A DNA stretch of 58,856 nucleotides, filler included, from Sluysia triapertura (GCA_046118255.1; 5 parts of 5 records of this genome joined end to end with filler, not necessarily neighbours in it); one strand, 5' to 3'; shown: positions 1-13,934, counted from the first letter of the whole stretch. A program made the numbers and translations. Notes: generated by a model from the sequence alone, not told the origin.

Positions 1-558
1 CAGTTCTAAAAAGAAAGAAATAGATTCAAAACTTTTACAAAACATTTTATAAATCAAATTATTTACTTTTGAATTTGTCATGTTATTGGAGAGGATATTT
101 CTTGACCTGAGTTCTAAACTGGATATAAGTCTTGTGATGCGATTAATATTGTCGTAGAAGTGCTCATCGTTTATACCATGTTGTGATTCAGAGATCTTGT
201 GTGCATATTTGCATCCAGCACCACATCTTAAACATTGTCCATCAAGTGACATGCCATATAGACAGGAGCCACGTCTACAATGGTCATTCTGAGTGATCTT
301 TTTACGGAATGATATTATAATAGGCATATAAGAAATAGCTAACTTTTCTGAGTTAAATACAGATCTACGATGATTAGTTGCATTGGTTACTAAATTAACT
401 TTTGTTACATCTGTCGCTTACATATGTGAAACTGGTGCATCAATATTCATGTCAGTTAAGTGTACTAAAAGACCATTACTTGACATTAAATATACATTGG
501 AAGGACTTAAATTAAGTACCGATACACATTGATTAACATTTGATGAATTAGCAGACAT
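1..558 (-). pseudogene. Orphan reading frame with one internal TAA (418-420) and a Cys/His cluster, open off the window edge
   Basis: Manual translation from ATG at 558: MSANSSNVNQC...VSHM*ATDVTKV...HCRRGSCLYGMSLDGQCLRCGAGCKYAHKISES...FFLEL. One frame throughout, no terminal stop before position 1. Confidence 0.35.
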
Positions 559-1280
559 GATTTCGTTCGAATTACATTTTGAATTAATTTGCGTTTGTAT
601 CGAGAGTTGATATATAGGAATATGATATAGTTATACAAATTAAAATATTGAAGTGTAGTAACGACTAGTAAAGACAGTAGTTTTATCGATTTTGTAGATG
701 CATCAATCTGTTGGTGTGGACGTGTGATTCAGTCAAACTTTGAATTTAAATTTTGATTATCACATTTAAGATAATTTATAGAATTATATTTTATAATTTT
801 AAAATAGATATTTTTATTAAAAAAATAAATTAATAATAAATTTAAATTATAGAATAAAATAAATCAACAAAATAAAACAAATTAGTAATATTAGTGATTT
901 TAAAAATAAAAGATATAATGAATTTTAAAAGGAAAAAATGATATTATTAAATTTAAAATTTTTGTTTTACCACATTAAATAGGAAGTAGTTTACAATAAA
1001 CAAAACAAATATGGAGGTAAGAAAATTTTACATAAATAGCGAAAATTTTAGTTAAATTTTCAGAAGTAATTTGACACAGAAGAAATTCCAGTTAAAAGTG
1101 GACATAGGAAAGATTCAATTAATTAGATACAAAAAAATTTTAGTTCCGACAATAACATCACAAGATAATCAATGCAAAATTCAAAATCCATGCAAAAGTA
1201 ATTATTGTTATTAAGTTGATAAAAATCCTAATTGTACACAATAGGATATTAAAATCTATACGTAAAATACATTTTTATTT

Positions 1281-1650
1281 GACAGACCGTAAGACGGCTG
1301 TCTTAACCTTGATCTAAAATTTTAATTTGGACTAAGGAAATATCCTTAAGTCCTTAATATCGTTATTGTTATTATAATTTGATTAATTTTGTAAAGTTTT
1401 CCGTTGAACGTCATTGTGTATAATATACATTCTTTTTGCTACGTCTTATTCTTTAATAAAATCATTCTTCCATCACAATCAGACCGTAAAAAGGCTGTCT
1501 TAATATATAAAATCAAAAATCTATTTGACAGAACGTACGAAGGCTGTCTCAACTCCTCAGATTCGTTCTATTATTATTGCTACTGATATTTTGTTAAGTC
1601 ACATCTTGTTAGGAAATCCCTACTAACATTTTGTTAAGTCACATCTTGTT
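1281..1650. repeat. Three dispersed near-palindromic GACAGACCGT(N3)ACGGCTGTC motifs plus a ~24-bp direct duplication
   Basis: Copies at 1281-1302, 1480-1503 and 1527-1548. ATTTTGTTAAGTCACATCTTGTT occurs at ~1588 and ~1628. Confidence 0.7.
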
Positions 1651-2149
1651 GTTAAGCAAGTTACTTTACTTCGTATAAGCCTGATTAGACCGTCGTCAAC
1701 TAGCGACGTAAATCGTTTTCTAATCAGCCGGACTCAGCTCCAGACAAACATTTTGTAAGTAGGTTCTAGCTCGATAAGAACACTTGCAAATCGAACAACA
1801 TAATTTCATGGCATAATCAGTATTTGAATTTGTTGAAGTATATACATTACTGATATTTTGAGATTGTTTCAAACATTTGGCACTATTCTCACTTTTCAAT
1901 ATAAGCTCAATCAAATATGCAGAACTAAATCTATTTTCTACAAAAATAGTGATCTTTCATCGTTAATTGTTTAATCTCAGATAATTAATTATAATTACAA
2001 TGTATTGAATTTTCATCTTTACTAGTCATTTTAAATATTTTGAACATTGATATAACACTTTTAAAATTTTTACGAACTGTCTGGGTTTTTAACCTATCTT
2101 TTCATAAAAGACTACTACAATTTTGTTACTACTTTTTACTCTTTAACCA

Positions 2150-2985
2150 GATTTATTAAAAAAAGGATTGGATGGCCAATGACATTGACAAAAACTAAAT
2201 AAACTAAATTTTTGGATTATTTCAGTAATTGCATGCTTGCGACTACTACAACACCAACACCAACTCTTTGGTCGGCCAACGTACACACCGTCAAACTCAG
2301 TGATGACAGTGAATAATTTATGCTAATTGAAAGCTGTCATCACTGACAGCGTAAATAATGACTGCAACAGTAAATACGAAATAATGATAATTTTGGATGA
2401 TGATTATTATAATGATAATGTAATGATTGTAATTGAAATAATAAAATATTGAATTATAATTAATAATATTAATAAATGTAATAATAATCATAATAATGAA
2501 AATAATCATAATAAATAATGATGGCAAAACAATAAAAATTAATATAAATTCAGCACATAAGTTCTCTTCTTGATTTTATCTAAAAAATTCTGTCTTTTTC
2601 TTGAAACACGAAATAGAATGTGAAGAAAATTTATGAGGAATATATAAAGGTGGAAAAGTAGTTAAAAATGTTGAAAGAAATTCCATTTTGATTATAATGT
2701 TTTAAAATGATTTTAAAATGTGAATTAAATATTTTTCAATTATGTTAATGATTGGATATGTTGAAAAATTGTGAACTTGAAATGTTTTAAATTAAATTTG
2801 AAATGTACGTTAATGGTTTTAGATGTAAGTATAATTTTAATGTTATGAAATTGTGAATTTAAAATGTATTAAAGTGTAAAAGAATTTTAATGAATCTGAA
2901 AAAGTGAAATGTTAAATGCTAATAAAAGTGATATTAAGTATGTGTATAACGATTTACATTTTGAATGAAAAGGTTGGTGACCTCA
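2150..2985 (-). mobile_element. Probable reverse-oriented, diverged copy of the TG-start / AC-skewed / hairpin repeat family
   Basis: Minus strand begins TGAGGTCACCAACCTT (cf. TGTAGTGGCCAACCTT at 57242). GT-skewed tract on + at 2640-2980, AAT-rich tract, perfect 13-bp stem 2297-2309/2334-2346. Confidence 0.45.
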
Positions 2986-3278
2986 TATATTTGATTTAAA
3001 TAATCATTTCCAGAAGCAAAAATCCCGTATTCGTTGCTGAATTTTTTCAACACCAAATTTCAACTAAAATAATTTGATTTTAAATAACGAAATCATCGAC
3101 ATGTTTTAGCTTTTTTTAATTATCAGAATCCTTAAATGATACGTAAAATCAAAGTAAATTTTACCGATCATTTTAAACAGGTCGTTAAGATCAGTTTTAA
3201 AATCAATTGAATTCAATTAAAGTTTATTGTCAACGATAATTTAATTATGTCACAATAAATAATAATCATAATAAATTG

Positions 3279-3314
<36 letters not shown>

Positions 3315-4945
3315 GTAGTAGTAGCAGGAGTAGTAAATTAGAGTCAATAACAAGATTAAATTCATAAAATTGAAGAAGCTGCTATTGAAGTTAAATCTAC
3401 ATGTTATTTTAAATACAAATTTATTTTAAGTAAAAAGTTTTGCAATTAAATTAATACTTAAGAAGTAAACAGCTGTCATTTTGAAATGAGAAAAACATTA
3501 TGTAAGCTACATGAAAATCACATAGAACAAACACTCAATAAAAATTCGACAAAACAAGTAAAAATCTTAAAATCGATTTTCAAATTTTCCAAATAACAAT
3601 TGATTTGAGATAAAATTCAAGATTAACAAAGAATCTTTAAAAAAAATTCGTGGAAGAAAACATCAAATGCATTTTAAAAAGTGAATAACTAAATAAAATA
3701 TTAAATATTCAACAACTTATTAATGGAGACATTTATTCATGAATAACTAATAACATAGATTTTAACAATGAAATATTGTAATTTATTCTATATAGAAAAT
3801 TGCAATTACAATTAATTACAAAATTAATTTTCCAAGTAAGAATGTCTCATATTACATCTTATCTTAGATAATATTAGTTACCATTAAAAGCAAGAGTTGA
3901 ATTCAAAATTATGGCAAAAATTTATAAATGTTTACACCGGAAATAAAAAATGAAAAAAAAGATTAATTAAATATAAAGAAGACGTTGGTGAACGTAGCAG
4001 TCTAAATTCCTATCCAATTAATTTAGTTAATAATCAAATATTTCATTTAGGTCATTAATAGAATAAATTTTAGGTACAATCATTCACAAAATGCAGTAAA
4101 TCGTTACAGGCAGCTCTCACGATAAAATGAAGTGGTTAAATCTTTAAGACAAAGTAAAGTTTAAAAGTGAATGGCATTATATAGTAACATTTTTTCATTT
4201 ATAAAATATTAATGAACACAAAAATATTAAAAGGATAGTTCATTTTTAATGTGAATGTAATTTCAGAAATTATCACTTATTACAAAAATCACCAAACAAT
4301 GTATTTAAATATTAATTAAAAATAATTGTAAATTTAAATGCCAAATTATAATCTTTACAAAATGTATTACAAAGAAAATTATTAACAAGCGCAGATTTAA
4401 CTAAATTATTCGACAAAAAAACTTTTCAAATTTATTTCATTAATTACGTATTTAATTTATTTCCCGATTCTTCAATTAAACAATGAAATAGTTTCCGAAG
4501 TATTGGATAAGGTTACACTAATTTATCAATCAAATAATTCAAATGTGGTTTATTTAAATTAATATATAGTGGCGAACATATTCAACAATTTTTTCTAAAC
4601 TTTAATAATTCTCTGTTCATTAATAACCTGTTTCAATTCGTTGATTTTACTATATTGTATTTCTTCATTTTTAATGCACATATACATTATCTTTGAAATT
4701 TTCAATCAAAATGTATTGTCATCTATTTTACATTGTTGTTCCTGATTTAAAGATGTCACATGGCATCGCGAATCTTTAATTAAAACACCGTCTTGTACAG
4801 CACCACTTTCTTTTTTTACTTACAAGATAAAAATAAAACATATTTTGTAGTTTGTTTAAGTACACGATAATATTAAAAAAGTTAGAAAATATTTAAAATA
4901 CTTATAGAAGAAAATTTAAATCGATTTAAATTGATATATTTTAAG

Positions 4946-5122
4946 TCCAGGAGCGTCCAAAAGTTTTGCGGTTTTTACACTGCTTCCATTGTTTGATCAA
5001 AGTTGCAAACGCTTTTACTAAACTTCAAAAAATTTTCAGTTTCTTAGTGCTTCTTTATCTTGAAATCACTTTTCTTTCAGATGTTTCTTCCAATGTGAGA
5101 TAAAAGTCACATGGAGCAAGTC
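4946..5122 (-). mobile_element. mariner transposase 3' relic with probable terminal repeat
   Basis: Broken translation DLAPCDFYL..WKKHLKEK*FQDKEAL resembles the mariner YSPDLAPxDF motif. Ends in CGCAAAACTTTTGGACGCTCCTG. Confidence 0.6.
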
Positions 5123-5340
5123 ATTTATACAGTTTTTATCATAAGCATTTGATTTACAGGGTTATGCATTAATATATTTAAAATTAATCAAAATAAATTT
5201 AAAATTATGCAATAATATATTTAAATTTATAAAATAATATATTTAAAGTATGATTATAATTATAAAATTATGATTTATAATTTAGAATAAATCTTGCTTT
5301 ACATTCCTTTAATCACAAAAAAAATTTATTAAATTTTCTC

Positions 5341-5600
5341 ATGGAACAAGAATTAAACTTATCAGATGAAAATATCACGAGGGCAAGAAAAAATAGAAAA
5401 TACAAACCATCACTGAAGAAGAATAGGCAAGATGTTTGATAAAGGTTATTCAGCTAAAGAAATTGAAGAAGATGCTGATATATCTTTACAAACGGCGTAG
5501 AACATAATTGCGAAAATTGCAGATACATAAGTGATGAAGAAATATTGGGAGCAAAGAGGGAGAATACTCTTACCAAGATCCGAAATAAAAAACAAGATCA
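5341..5600 (+). mobile_element. Decayed HTH-like N-terminus of an IS630/Tc1-type transposase
   Basis: KMFDKGYSAKEIEEDADISLQTA*NIIAKI is a helix-turn-helix pattern with stops and frameshifts. Confidence 0.35.
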
Positions 5601-6154
5601 GTTTCAGTTTTAAATTTTTTATCAAATACATAATCTTTGCCATTAAATTATTTCAAAAATTTAAATATATTATTACATAATTTTGAATAATGTTAGATGC
5701 ATTAATGTATGATACTTAAAACTATATAAATTTTTATAGTTTTATAGTTTCATTATGAATCTACTTACTCCCAAAGTGATAATGAAGTAAAAATGTACAA
5801 CTCTTTTGACATCTTACAAAAAGGATTTAATTAAAACATTATGTAAAAAATTGAAATTATAAATATATTCTTACACTACATTACTAAGAATACCATCCAT
5901 TGTGAAATGATCAACAATAATTATGAATCAAAAAATTTCTTTCAAATTAAAATTTCCTACTTTTATAATATAAATTTTAATATATTTAAAACAGTTTGTA
6001 TGAAATGATATTTTTAAAATAATCTTATATCAAATCATGAGAATTAAATGTTCAGAAAACATAAATAGCAAAATAACTATTATAACCAGACACCGTAATT
6101 CTCAAATAAAAATAAGTAATATTAAAAAGAAACCGCGCATATTTCTAAACTAAC

Positions 6155-6269
6155 TGATTTGTCAAAGAGACTGGAACAATAGGCTCCATGTTGAAGTTTA
6201 AAGATTTAGAATTTGGTACATTGTTCAAACTATTTGAATGACCAACAGTTGTGGATTGATTAAATGAAC
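6155..6269 (-). CDS. AGFG1: AGFG1-like gene, downstream low-complexity exon
   Basis: TTCAG acceptor and GTTAGT donor. Phase 1 start continues the exon at 7703-7855: SSFNQSTTVGHSNSLNNVPNSKSLNFNMEPIVPVSLTN. Confidence 0.6.
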
Positions 6270-7454
6270 CTGAATATAATTTATGTAAATATATTGACGT
6301 TTATATGGCATTTATAAGAAAAGAAAACTTAGTACGAATAGTTAAAAATTAGCAACGTTTAAATAATTTAGCAAAATTTCATAAATAATCAAAAAAGCAA
6401 TGTTTCAATCATTATTCGTAAATTTATTGAGTTATCTGAAATAATATTAAACTCTTAGGTAGCCCAAACACGTTTTAAATTATCTTAAAGTAAAAGGATA
6501 TTTACATCGAACATCCACATATTTGAATTATTTGTTTATATTTTGAAGTTAAATAACTTCAGATAGTTACACGGGTTAATAAGACATTTCATTTGCTACA
6601 ATCTAATATTTTAGATAAATCTGAGTTCCTTTAATTATTATTGTTTCTAATTTACTTTTAAAAAATTTCAAATACTATTATTGTAGTAATTGTTCTATTT
6701 CATTCATTAGGTTAATTAAATAACTTCAAATTCAATTTTTTAGGTTATTATTTTACGTTATATTATTTTATTTTAATTTTTTTTGCAAACCCTAGGAACT
6801 AAATAAAAATAATAAAGTAAATTTTTTTAAAAAATTTTAATACAAATTTTTTTTAACACCACAACATTAAAATATATTTAATAATACTCTTGTTGAGGCA
6901 GATTTGCATTAAGAAAAGAAATATTATTTTGTCGTCTAATGATATCAATAAAATAAAATAATTGTAAAAATTATTTAAAATTAGACTTTCATATTTAAAG
7001 AATATTTTCTTATGAATACATTGAAATTTCTCGTGATCTACTTTTGAAGAACATTGATTTAATGAATACTAATTTGTTGAGTGACAGTGTTTTGAAGTAT
7101 TAAAATCAACTATGAGTTATATTTTTTATTCATTTTGTAATTATTTAAAATTCATTGTGAATATAATTAACATTACGTCTCTAGATTTAATGTAAGCCGC
7201 GAACTTGTCCATAATACAATATCTTATTATTAATAGTTATTTACATCAGCAATTCCGTTGCAATAAAGATATGTGTAACGAACTATGTCATGATATATAT
7301 TACCTTTCAAAAGTTTAGGTTACTTTAAGTTTGTTAATAATACAGATATTATTTTTAATTTAATTAGTTTAGAGTTTGAAGTATTAATTGTACAAGACAT
7401 TTAATTATATATTAAGGATATAACATAAATCGCTTGGATTTTTTTAATATCTAA

Positions 7455-7513
7455 TACCGATATTAAAACCGGTATCCCGGTATTGAATTTTTGGTCCGGT
7501 ATTGGAAACCCTA
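7455..7513 (-). mobile_element. hAT (Ac-like) terminus with ACCGG/CCGGTA subterminal repeats
   Basis: Minus strand reads TAGGGTTTCCAATACCGG, with three CCGGTA units in ~50 bp. Confidence 0.45.
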
Positions 7514-7702
7514 GTTACAAGTAATCACGATAACGTATAGGTGAGGTTCTAGTGTTTAAAATTATAATTTGACTAAATGTTGTAAAATCATTGTAGCAAT
7601 ATTACAAAATTTTCATGTAAGACAAAATGTGTGAAGATTGTCAAACATCAAAAATCTTCAAGTTATTTTTTAAATCTAGTTAAAATAAGATACAAAACTA
7701 AC

Positions 7703-7855
7703 TAAAAAAATCATCAGTTTCAAATAAGCCAGGATTGGTAGATTTATTGGTATTACTTGGAAGTGGTAATTTAATGGCAGAACCACCACCTAATTTAGCT
7801 GGATCGATTGAACTGGAACTGGTAGTACCCGAAACATTGCTACTCTGATTAATAG
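7703..7855 (-). CDS. AGFG1: AGFG1-like gene, internal exon (153 nt, phase 1/1)
   Basis: TATTAG acceptor and GTTAGT donor. TINQSSNVSGTTSSSSIDPAKLGGGSAIKLPLPSNTNKSTNPGLFETDDFF is in phase with both flanking exons. Confidence 0.7.
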
Positions 7856-8767
7856 CTAATAATAAAAATAAACCTTATAATTATTTACATGCATAAAAAA
7901 CCCTACAAACTTCTTTCTTCTAGCAATATTTATTCATTGTAAGAAACGAATGCCACTTCTTGTTGCATTCTTGTAGTAACTTCATGGCAAAGTAAACAAA
8001 CATTAAATGTAAAATTTAAAATTTCAAAAGTATTGAAAACTAAAAAATTCATTTAGAATTTATAGTATTAGATTGAGTCTTTAAAGTTGTTTAGGTAAAC
8101 CTTTAGGGTTTTGTGAAGCCTTTGGGTTGAGAGGCAATCGATGGATAAAGACTCTTAACTTAAAGTTGAGAATCACGAGGTTTGGCTGTTCCGAAGCACT
8201 GAATTCAATGCTAGTGCATCCTCATAGATCCTGCAACTATGCTACCATTTGTTTTAGTAGTACAAGATGTGGTGGTTAAAACCTAAACTAATAACTTTAT
8301 TGCACAAATTCAAACACGAAATATATCACATTTCATGTAATATCTCACTTTCCATCAACTATATAGAGCTACAACATTATAGACTCCTTATAATCTCCCA
8401 AATCACAGTTTTCTTAACTTATATATTCACAAACACTATGACCATAAATCACAGACAATCTTTCATGCTTTCATTAATATATCAAATCCTATCAACTTTT
8501 CATTTCTTAAAATGTTCCTTTCGATCCAATATTTCATTATCTTACATCTATATCGCCTACTCTTGTAACTGAATCAACATAGTGGCCAAAATTTCTTTTA
8601 AATTATAAAATTATATTCTCACCTAAAGGTAAAATAATCTAATTTTATAATACCAAAGTTAAACTATAAAGTGAAACGTATTAATAATATTTAGATTAAG
8701 TATTTGACTAAGTTAAATTCAAGTAATATGAAAAAATTTTTATTTGTATTAAAAATGATTTACTAAC

Positions 8768-9149
8768 TTATATTGCCTCCATTCGATTGAATAGAATTAT
8801 TTGGAACTGTTAAATCAACTGAACTGCGTCCAACTGGTTTAGAATTTGCTTGATTAAGACTTGTACTTGTCTTATTAACAGATCTAGGTGGCTCGATAAT
8901 AAGGGATGATGAAGCATTAACGTTGATTTTCGATGAAATTAATTTGCTCGTATTAGTAGATTTATCAGCCCTATCAAAGATCACCTGATTGATTCGAATA
9001 GCTTCTTCATCAAGTTCATTAGTTGGTTCTATGTACCACTTTTTCAATTCATACTTGGACCGTAAATGACTGTCAAGCATACCATTCTTAGTATCAAAGT
9101 CCGGTGGCATTTTATTATCACACAAGCCATAATATATTCGCTTACAAAT
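8768..9149 (-). CDS. AGFG1: AGFG1/Hrb/drongo-like ArfGAP protein: exon with the C-terminal half of the ArfGAP domain (5' exons not found on this piece)
   Basis: ICKRIYYGLCDNKMPPDFDTKNGMLDSHLRSKYELKKWYIEP parallels AGFG1 VCKQIWLGLFD...PDFRD...FLQEKYEKKRWYVPP. TTTATAG acceptor and GTTAGT donor. Confidence 0.75.
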
Positions 9150-9200
9150 CTATAAAAATAATAATAGAAATATCAAACTAATTATAAATAATTATTTTTA

Positions 9201-9820
9201 CCCTTTAACTGCGGCTGTCGTCAATAGACGATCTGATGATTAGCTCCGGGAACTGGTGTCGCTTACCTATGTGATGAATATCTGATTTCATTAAGACGCA
9301 CAAGACATAGAAACTCACGTAATTTATTACAATTTGGTCTAATTATAAAGAATAAATTATAATTATAAAAAATTCTTTTCATTTTATACCTAAAATAAGT
9401 ATTGAGAAAATTTCAAATTTCTAATTGTCTCATATTTTAGAGGCAAGAATATGCATCTGCATAAGTCGAATTTCTATTCCTTACCAAAAATAATCAAGAT
9501 TGAGATATTACATTTTTGGAGTTCGTTTTATGTACAATTTATACTTGAAGGTTAAAATGAATCATTTTATGATAATTTCAATTGAAATTTTAAATTTGGC
9601 TAGCGAAATTTTTTACACCAAAATAGACATAGGCAGCTTCAAATTGCAAGATCAACTTACTGAAGAATAATGCATTTCGTTCTAAACGTAAGAATGTGTT
9701 TTTAAATTTTATTCTTGCTAAATTATTGTTCTAAAAGAAAATAAATAATTCTTATTTGAGAATTTTTATTTTTTGCGTATGAGCGGCTTGTATATTAAAT
9801 ACATACCTGTAGTTAAAGGG
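9201..9820. mobile_element. piggyBac-like non-autonomous element (620 bp)
   Basis: Termini CCCTTTAACTGCGG ... CCTGTAGTTAAAGGG are inverted repeats. Flanked by TTTA on the left and TTAA on the right, the piggyBac target site. Confidence 0.75.
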
Positions 9821-11016
9821 TTAATTATTATTTGTTTAGCAAAAAACTGAATCAAATTATGATTAATGTTGAGAGAATATAATTGCAATTTTAAGTTAAA
9901 AAACAAATTATAATCCTAAAATAAAATCGCATTTTTATAATAATAAGTCATCAAAACTTTAGAATTGTTATTGTCGGTATTTCCAGTAAAAAAACTTTAA
10001 AATCTGAAATTTCGAAGAAAATAATTTGAAAACGTCATTTAACTTAAGAAAACAAACATAGAATGTTATGAATGCTCAGCGAAACTCTCCATACTTAAAT
10101 AGCATATAACGAATGCTATGTACTAAGTATATTGTTAAAATATTAAAAAAACAACACAATATGATGAAATTTTCAAATAGAAAATTAGTCCAATTACCTT
10201 ATTTTACCTTTTTTCTCATATTTTATGTACATTGAAAGTTCTAAAATTTAAGTATTCAACCAATAATGCCAATAACTAAAAGCTAAAGTTAGAGAATATG
10301 TAAAAAGAACGAGAAAGTAAAAGTACAGAATGTAAAAGTGAATGTGAAAAAAACATGACATATTAATGAGAAAGAACGCAAAGTATATTAGATCGTCGTG
10401 TAACTGCCTTGACAAGTTTAATGAATAAAGAGAAACATAATGGAATGCAGAATACTCAAATCACTTGGAAAAGAGTTGGTTATTAATGGAAAATTTTGGA
10501 GGCCAAGCAAAATTTTTGAAGCTGGAAAATTATTAAGAAATGTCTAAATATCTAAGCCTATAATATTTAAATGTTTAATTCATGCATATTAAATAACTAC
10601 AAAATTAATCATATTGATAATATTGATAAATAATAATAATTTATCTAAATAAAGGTCAATTACATATACATCGTTTTCAGCTACGTTGATGTACATGTAA
10701 TTGGATAACATTGCAGCAAAAAATACTTTATAAATAAGCCAATAAAAATCAGCCCTTTAGAAATTGTACGAAATATCGGAAATATAAACCTAAAAACAAA
10801 TACAAAATTCTAGTCAATCTTTGATCAAGCGGAGTCGCTCAACATTTTTTTCTTGAAATGTTCCGAAATGATAAAGACTTATAAAACCAATGAAGATGCT
10901 AGTATAACTAATAACACCTTATGACGCTGAAAACTCGAACGTTTACAGATATATTAGTAAAAATGTAGATAGAATTCATCATGCTAATATTCTGAATGTT
11001 CATGATTACTTTAAGC

Positions 11017-11093
11017 CAGTGATTCTCAACCAATGTGCCGCGGCACTTTTGTGTGCCGCGAAATTCTAAAAATGTGCCGCCGAATTTTAGTCT
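11017..11093 (+). mobile_element. hAT (Charlie/Buster-like) left end, truncated by end of piece
   Basis: CAGTGATTCTCAACC followed by three TGTGCCGC subterminal repeats. Confidence 0.65.
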
Positions 11094-11193
11094 NNNNNNN
11101 NNNNNNNNNNNNNNNNNNNNNNNNNNNNNNNNNNNNNTTAATTAATTAANNNNNNNNNNNNNNNNNNNNNNNNNNNNNNNNNNNNNNNNNNNN
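11094..11193. other. Artificial contig linker N44-TTAATTAATTAA-N44
   Basis: Identical 100-bp structure with a six-frame stop palindrome, seen four times. Confidence 0.95.
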
Positions 11194-11195
11194 TT

Positions 11196-11267
<72 letters not shown>

Positions 11268-12030
11268 ATTCCTATTACTATTACTATTATTACTATTACA
11301 GTACATTTCATTCAGTAGTATCAAAAGTTATGTTTATCTAGTTATGTTTATATTTTTAGCAATACTTAGTAACAATAATTTATTAGAATATAAAGAAAAT
11401 AATTTTATATTTCTTTGCTTTTATTTGATAATTTTATCTACTTTGTCTATTTATTGAATCTGGATTTTGTTCCCATTATCTTACTCTTGAAATTGAATTA
11501 GAGATTTTACGTATTTATTATAATTATATAATAATAATAATATTAATATTAATAATAGTTATTATTATTACTTCCTCAACCACTGCTTTTATAGTTTATT
11601 GTTCAAAACTGACAGTAGAATTATGATACTCTATTTTTAAGAATTGAAGTAATTATGCAAGCTAAAAGTGGGTCATCTATTTAAATGTAGCAATATATTT
11701 TACAACACAATCAACTTAAACAGTTACGCAAACATCTCAATGTCAACAAGTAATGCCCAAATATTATCAACTTATAAAAACATCTTATGTGTAATCAAAT
11801 AATAAAGGAGAATTAAAAATGTGAACCAAGTGCATCGAGGTATATTTTACCTAATTGTAGACATGATAAAAGTAGTTATCTTGTGACATAAATCACTATA
11901 ATAATTATACATTTGTTCTTAATAAGTGCTATCGTAAATAAAATTCGCGGGTGTAATTATTTTAAATAATAATAGTAATAATAATAATAATTAATTAATA
12001 ATAATAGTAATGATAATAATTAATAGTAAT

Positions 12031-12174
12031 NNNNNNNNNNNNNNNNNNNNNNNNNNNNNNNNNNNNNNNNNNNNNNNNNNNNNNNNNNNNNNNNNNNNNN
12101 NNNNNNNNNNNNNNNNNNNNNNNNNNNNNNNNNNNNNNNNNNNNNNNNNNNNNNNNNNNNNNNNNNNNNNNNNN
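12031..12174. other. Assembly gap (144 N) next to an AAT microsatellite
   Basis: N run with no linker sequence. Confidence 0.95.
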
Positions 12175-13856
12175 AATATTTCCTCCTTTAATTATGATTT
12201 AGTTTTTTTTACAAAAATTTAATCTTTTATTTTGAAATATTTTCAATTTTACTATTGCTTTATATTTCAGTTTCATTATTGAACTTCCATATTTACTTTT
12301 TATTTAATCATTTATTATTGTTATAATATTTATTGAACAATCATTAATAAACATAACTTCAGCATTACTTGCAATCACAAATCAAACATTGATAAAATAA
12401 TTATTGACTGCTAACATTTCAAATTATATAACACATCCTCTGATTGTTTTTATGGTTATGAATAAGTTCAGGAAATGTAGAAAAATTATTTTATTAAATT
12501 TAATTAATTAATTAATGAAAATATGTATTAGCCACATTTTATTATACAACAGCTTAAACAATTTATTTATCGTTCCTGCAAGGTTTTTCTAAAACTATTT
12601 CTAAAACTTAATCTATTACTTGCGTAAATTAGCTTGTGTTCTTGCATAATTAAATTTATTACCAGCAATTGACAATAAACAAAATTACAATAATTAAAGG
12701 TATATTAAAAATGATATGAACGTAGAAAATGTCAATAAGTAACAATAAAAATTTATCAATATAAAAATAAATGATAGTGTTATTAGATTATTATATAATC
12801 TTCTATTGTGAAAATTTTATCAGTAAATTACAACACACAATTTAAAGTGGCGTTAAAAAATTTTAATTGATTTTTATTAAGATTTTATAACCTAATAAAA
12901 TAGGCTTACCTTAAGAAAATTTACTTCTTATAACAAGTTTAGAGGTCATTAAATAATTATTTATACATCCTACCCATACAATTATAACACTATCCCTCGA
13001 AACATTCAAACATCAAACATTCATATCTCATGCGCAAATATTACAACTTCTTGAATTTTGAAAGCAGAAGTACAATTAAACCAATAAAAGAAAATTGGTA
13101 AATACAGTCTCTTAGAATTTCTTATTACTTTCATCAGTGTCACCAATAACACCAACGAACACATGTAATGAAATGATTGAAATATTTCACACGTTACTTT
13201 TTATTAATCTGAAAACGATTGTAACAGTCATTAGAGTCGTATGTTAAATTTTCGAATTGTTTCTTTAATAAAATGGAAGGCTCCAAAAGTAAAAGAAACT
13301 GGTCGAGGTGTTATGTCACAAATTTTTAATTTATATTCGAAATTAACATTAAGTAATATTTTTCTGTCTTTATGGCAAGGATAGTTAACAAAGAAAGAGA
13401 CTAAAGAACAAATAGAAATAATAAATTGAAGAATATATATGAAACAACAAATATTCATCACCAAAATAAAAATTAATTTGAGAATGAAATTCCGAAATAA
13501 TTTATCTAATTTTTGCAAATTACTTGCGTTGTTAATAATATAAAACTACTTATATAATAAAGGTAAAAATAGATATTTATGTATAATTCAGACAAACAAA
13601 AGTATTACTTGTTTATATATAAAAATAAACAACTGCTAAACAGCACGTGTTGGTAAAACAGAAATTAATTAACCTATTAAACTGATATCGTAAAACTGTA
13701 TCAAAAGGTAATAGAAGATCAATAATATTAATTCTAAACCCTTACAATGCCAGTAAGCCTGATAAACATTTATCGAAATAACTAAGTAACCAGTGACCAG
13801 AATAAAATTTATATAAAGATCGTGTACGCAAGGTTAAAGAGAAAGAATGCAAAGAT

Positions 13857-13857
<1 letters not shown>

Positions 13858-13934
<77 letters not shown>
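13858..13934 (+). repeat. (TAA)n microsatellite; similar tracts at ~3280, 11194, 31858 and 32560
   Basis: Seen directly. It explains the poly-L, poly-Y and poly-N ORFs in the track. Confidence 0.95.

Noticed and set aside
1720-1937. Possible terminal exon of the AGFG1-like gene
   Set aside because: Acceptors exist, but the peptide lacks the FG/NPF motifs expected at an AGFG C-terminus, so it is not supportable.
11138-11149. Perfect palindrome TTAATTAATTAA repeated four times
   Set aside because: Synthetic six-frame stop linker inside N padding.
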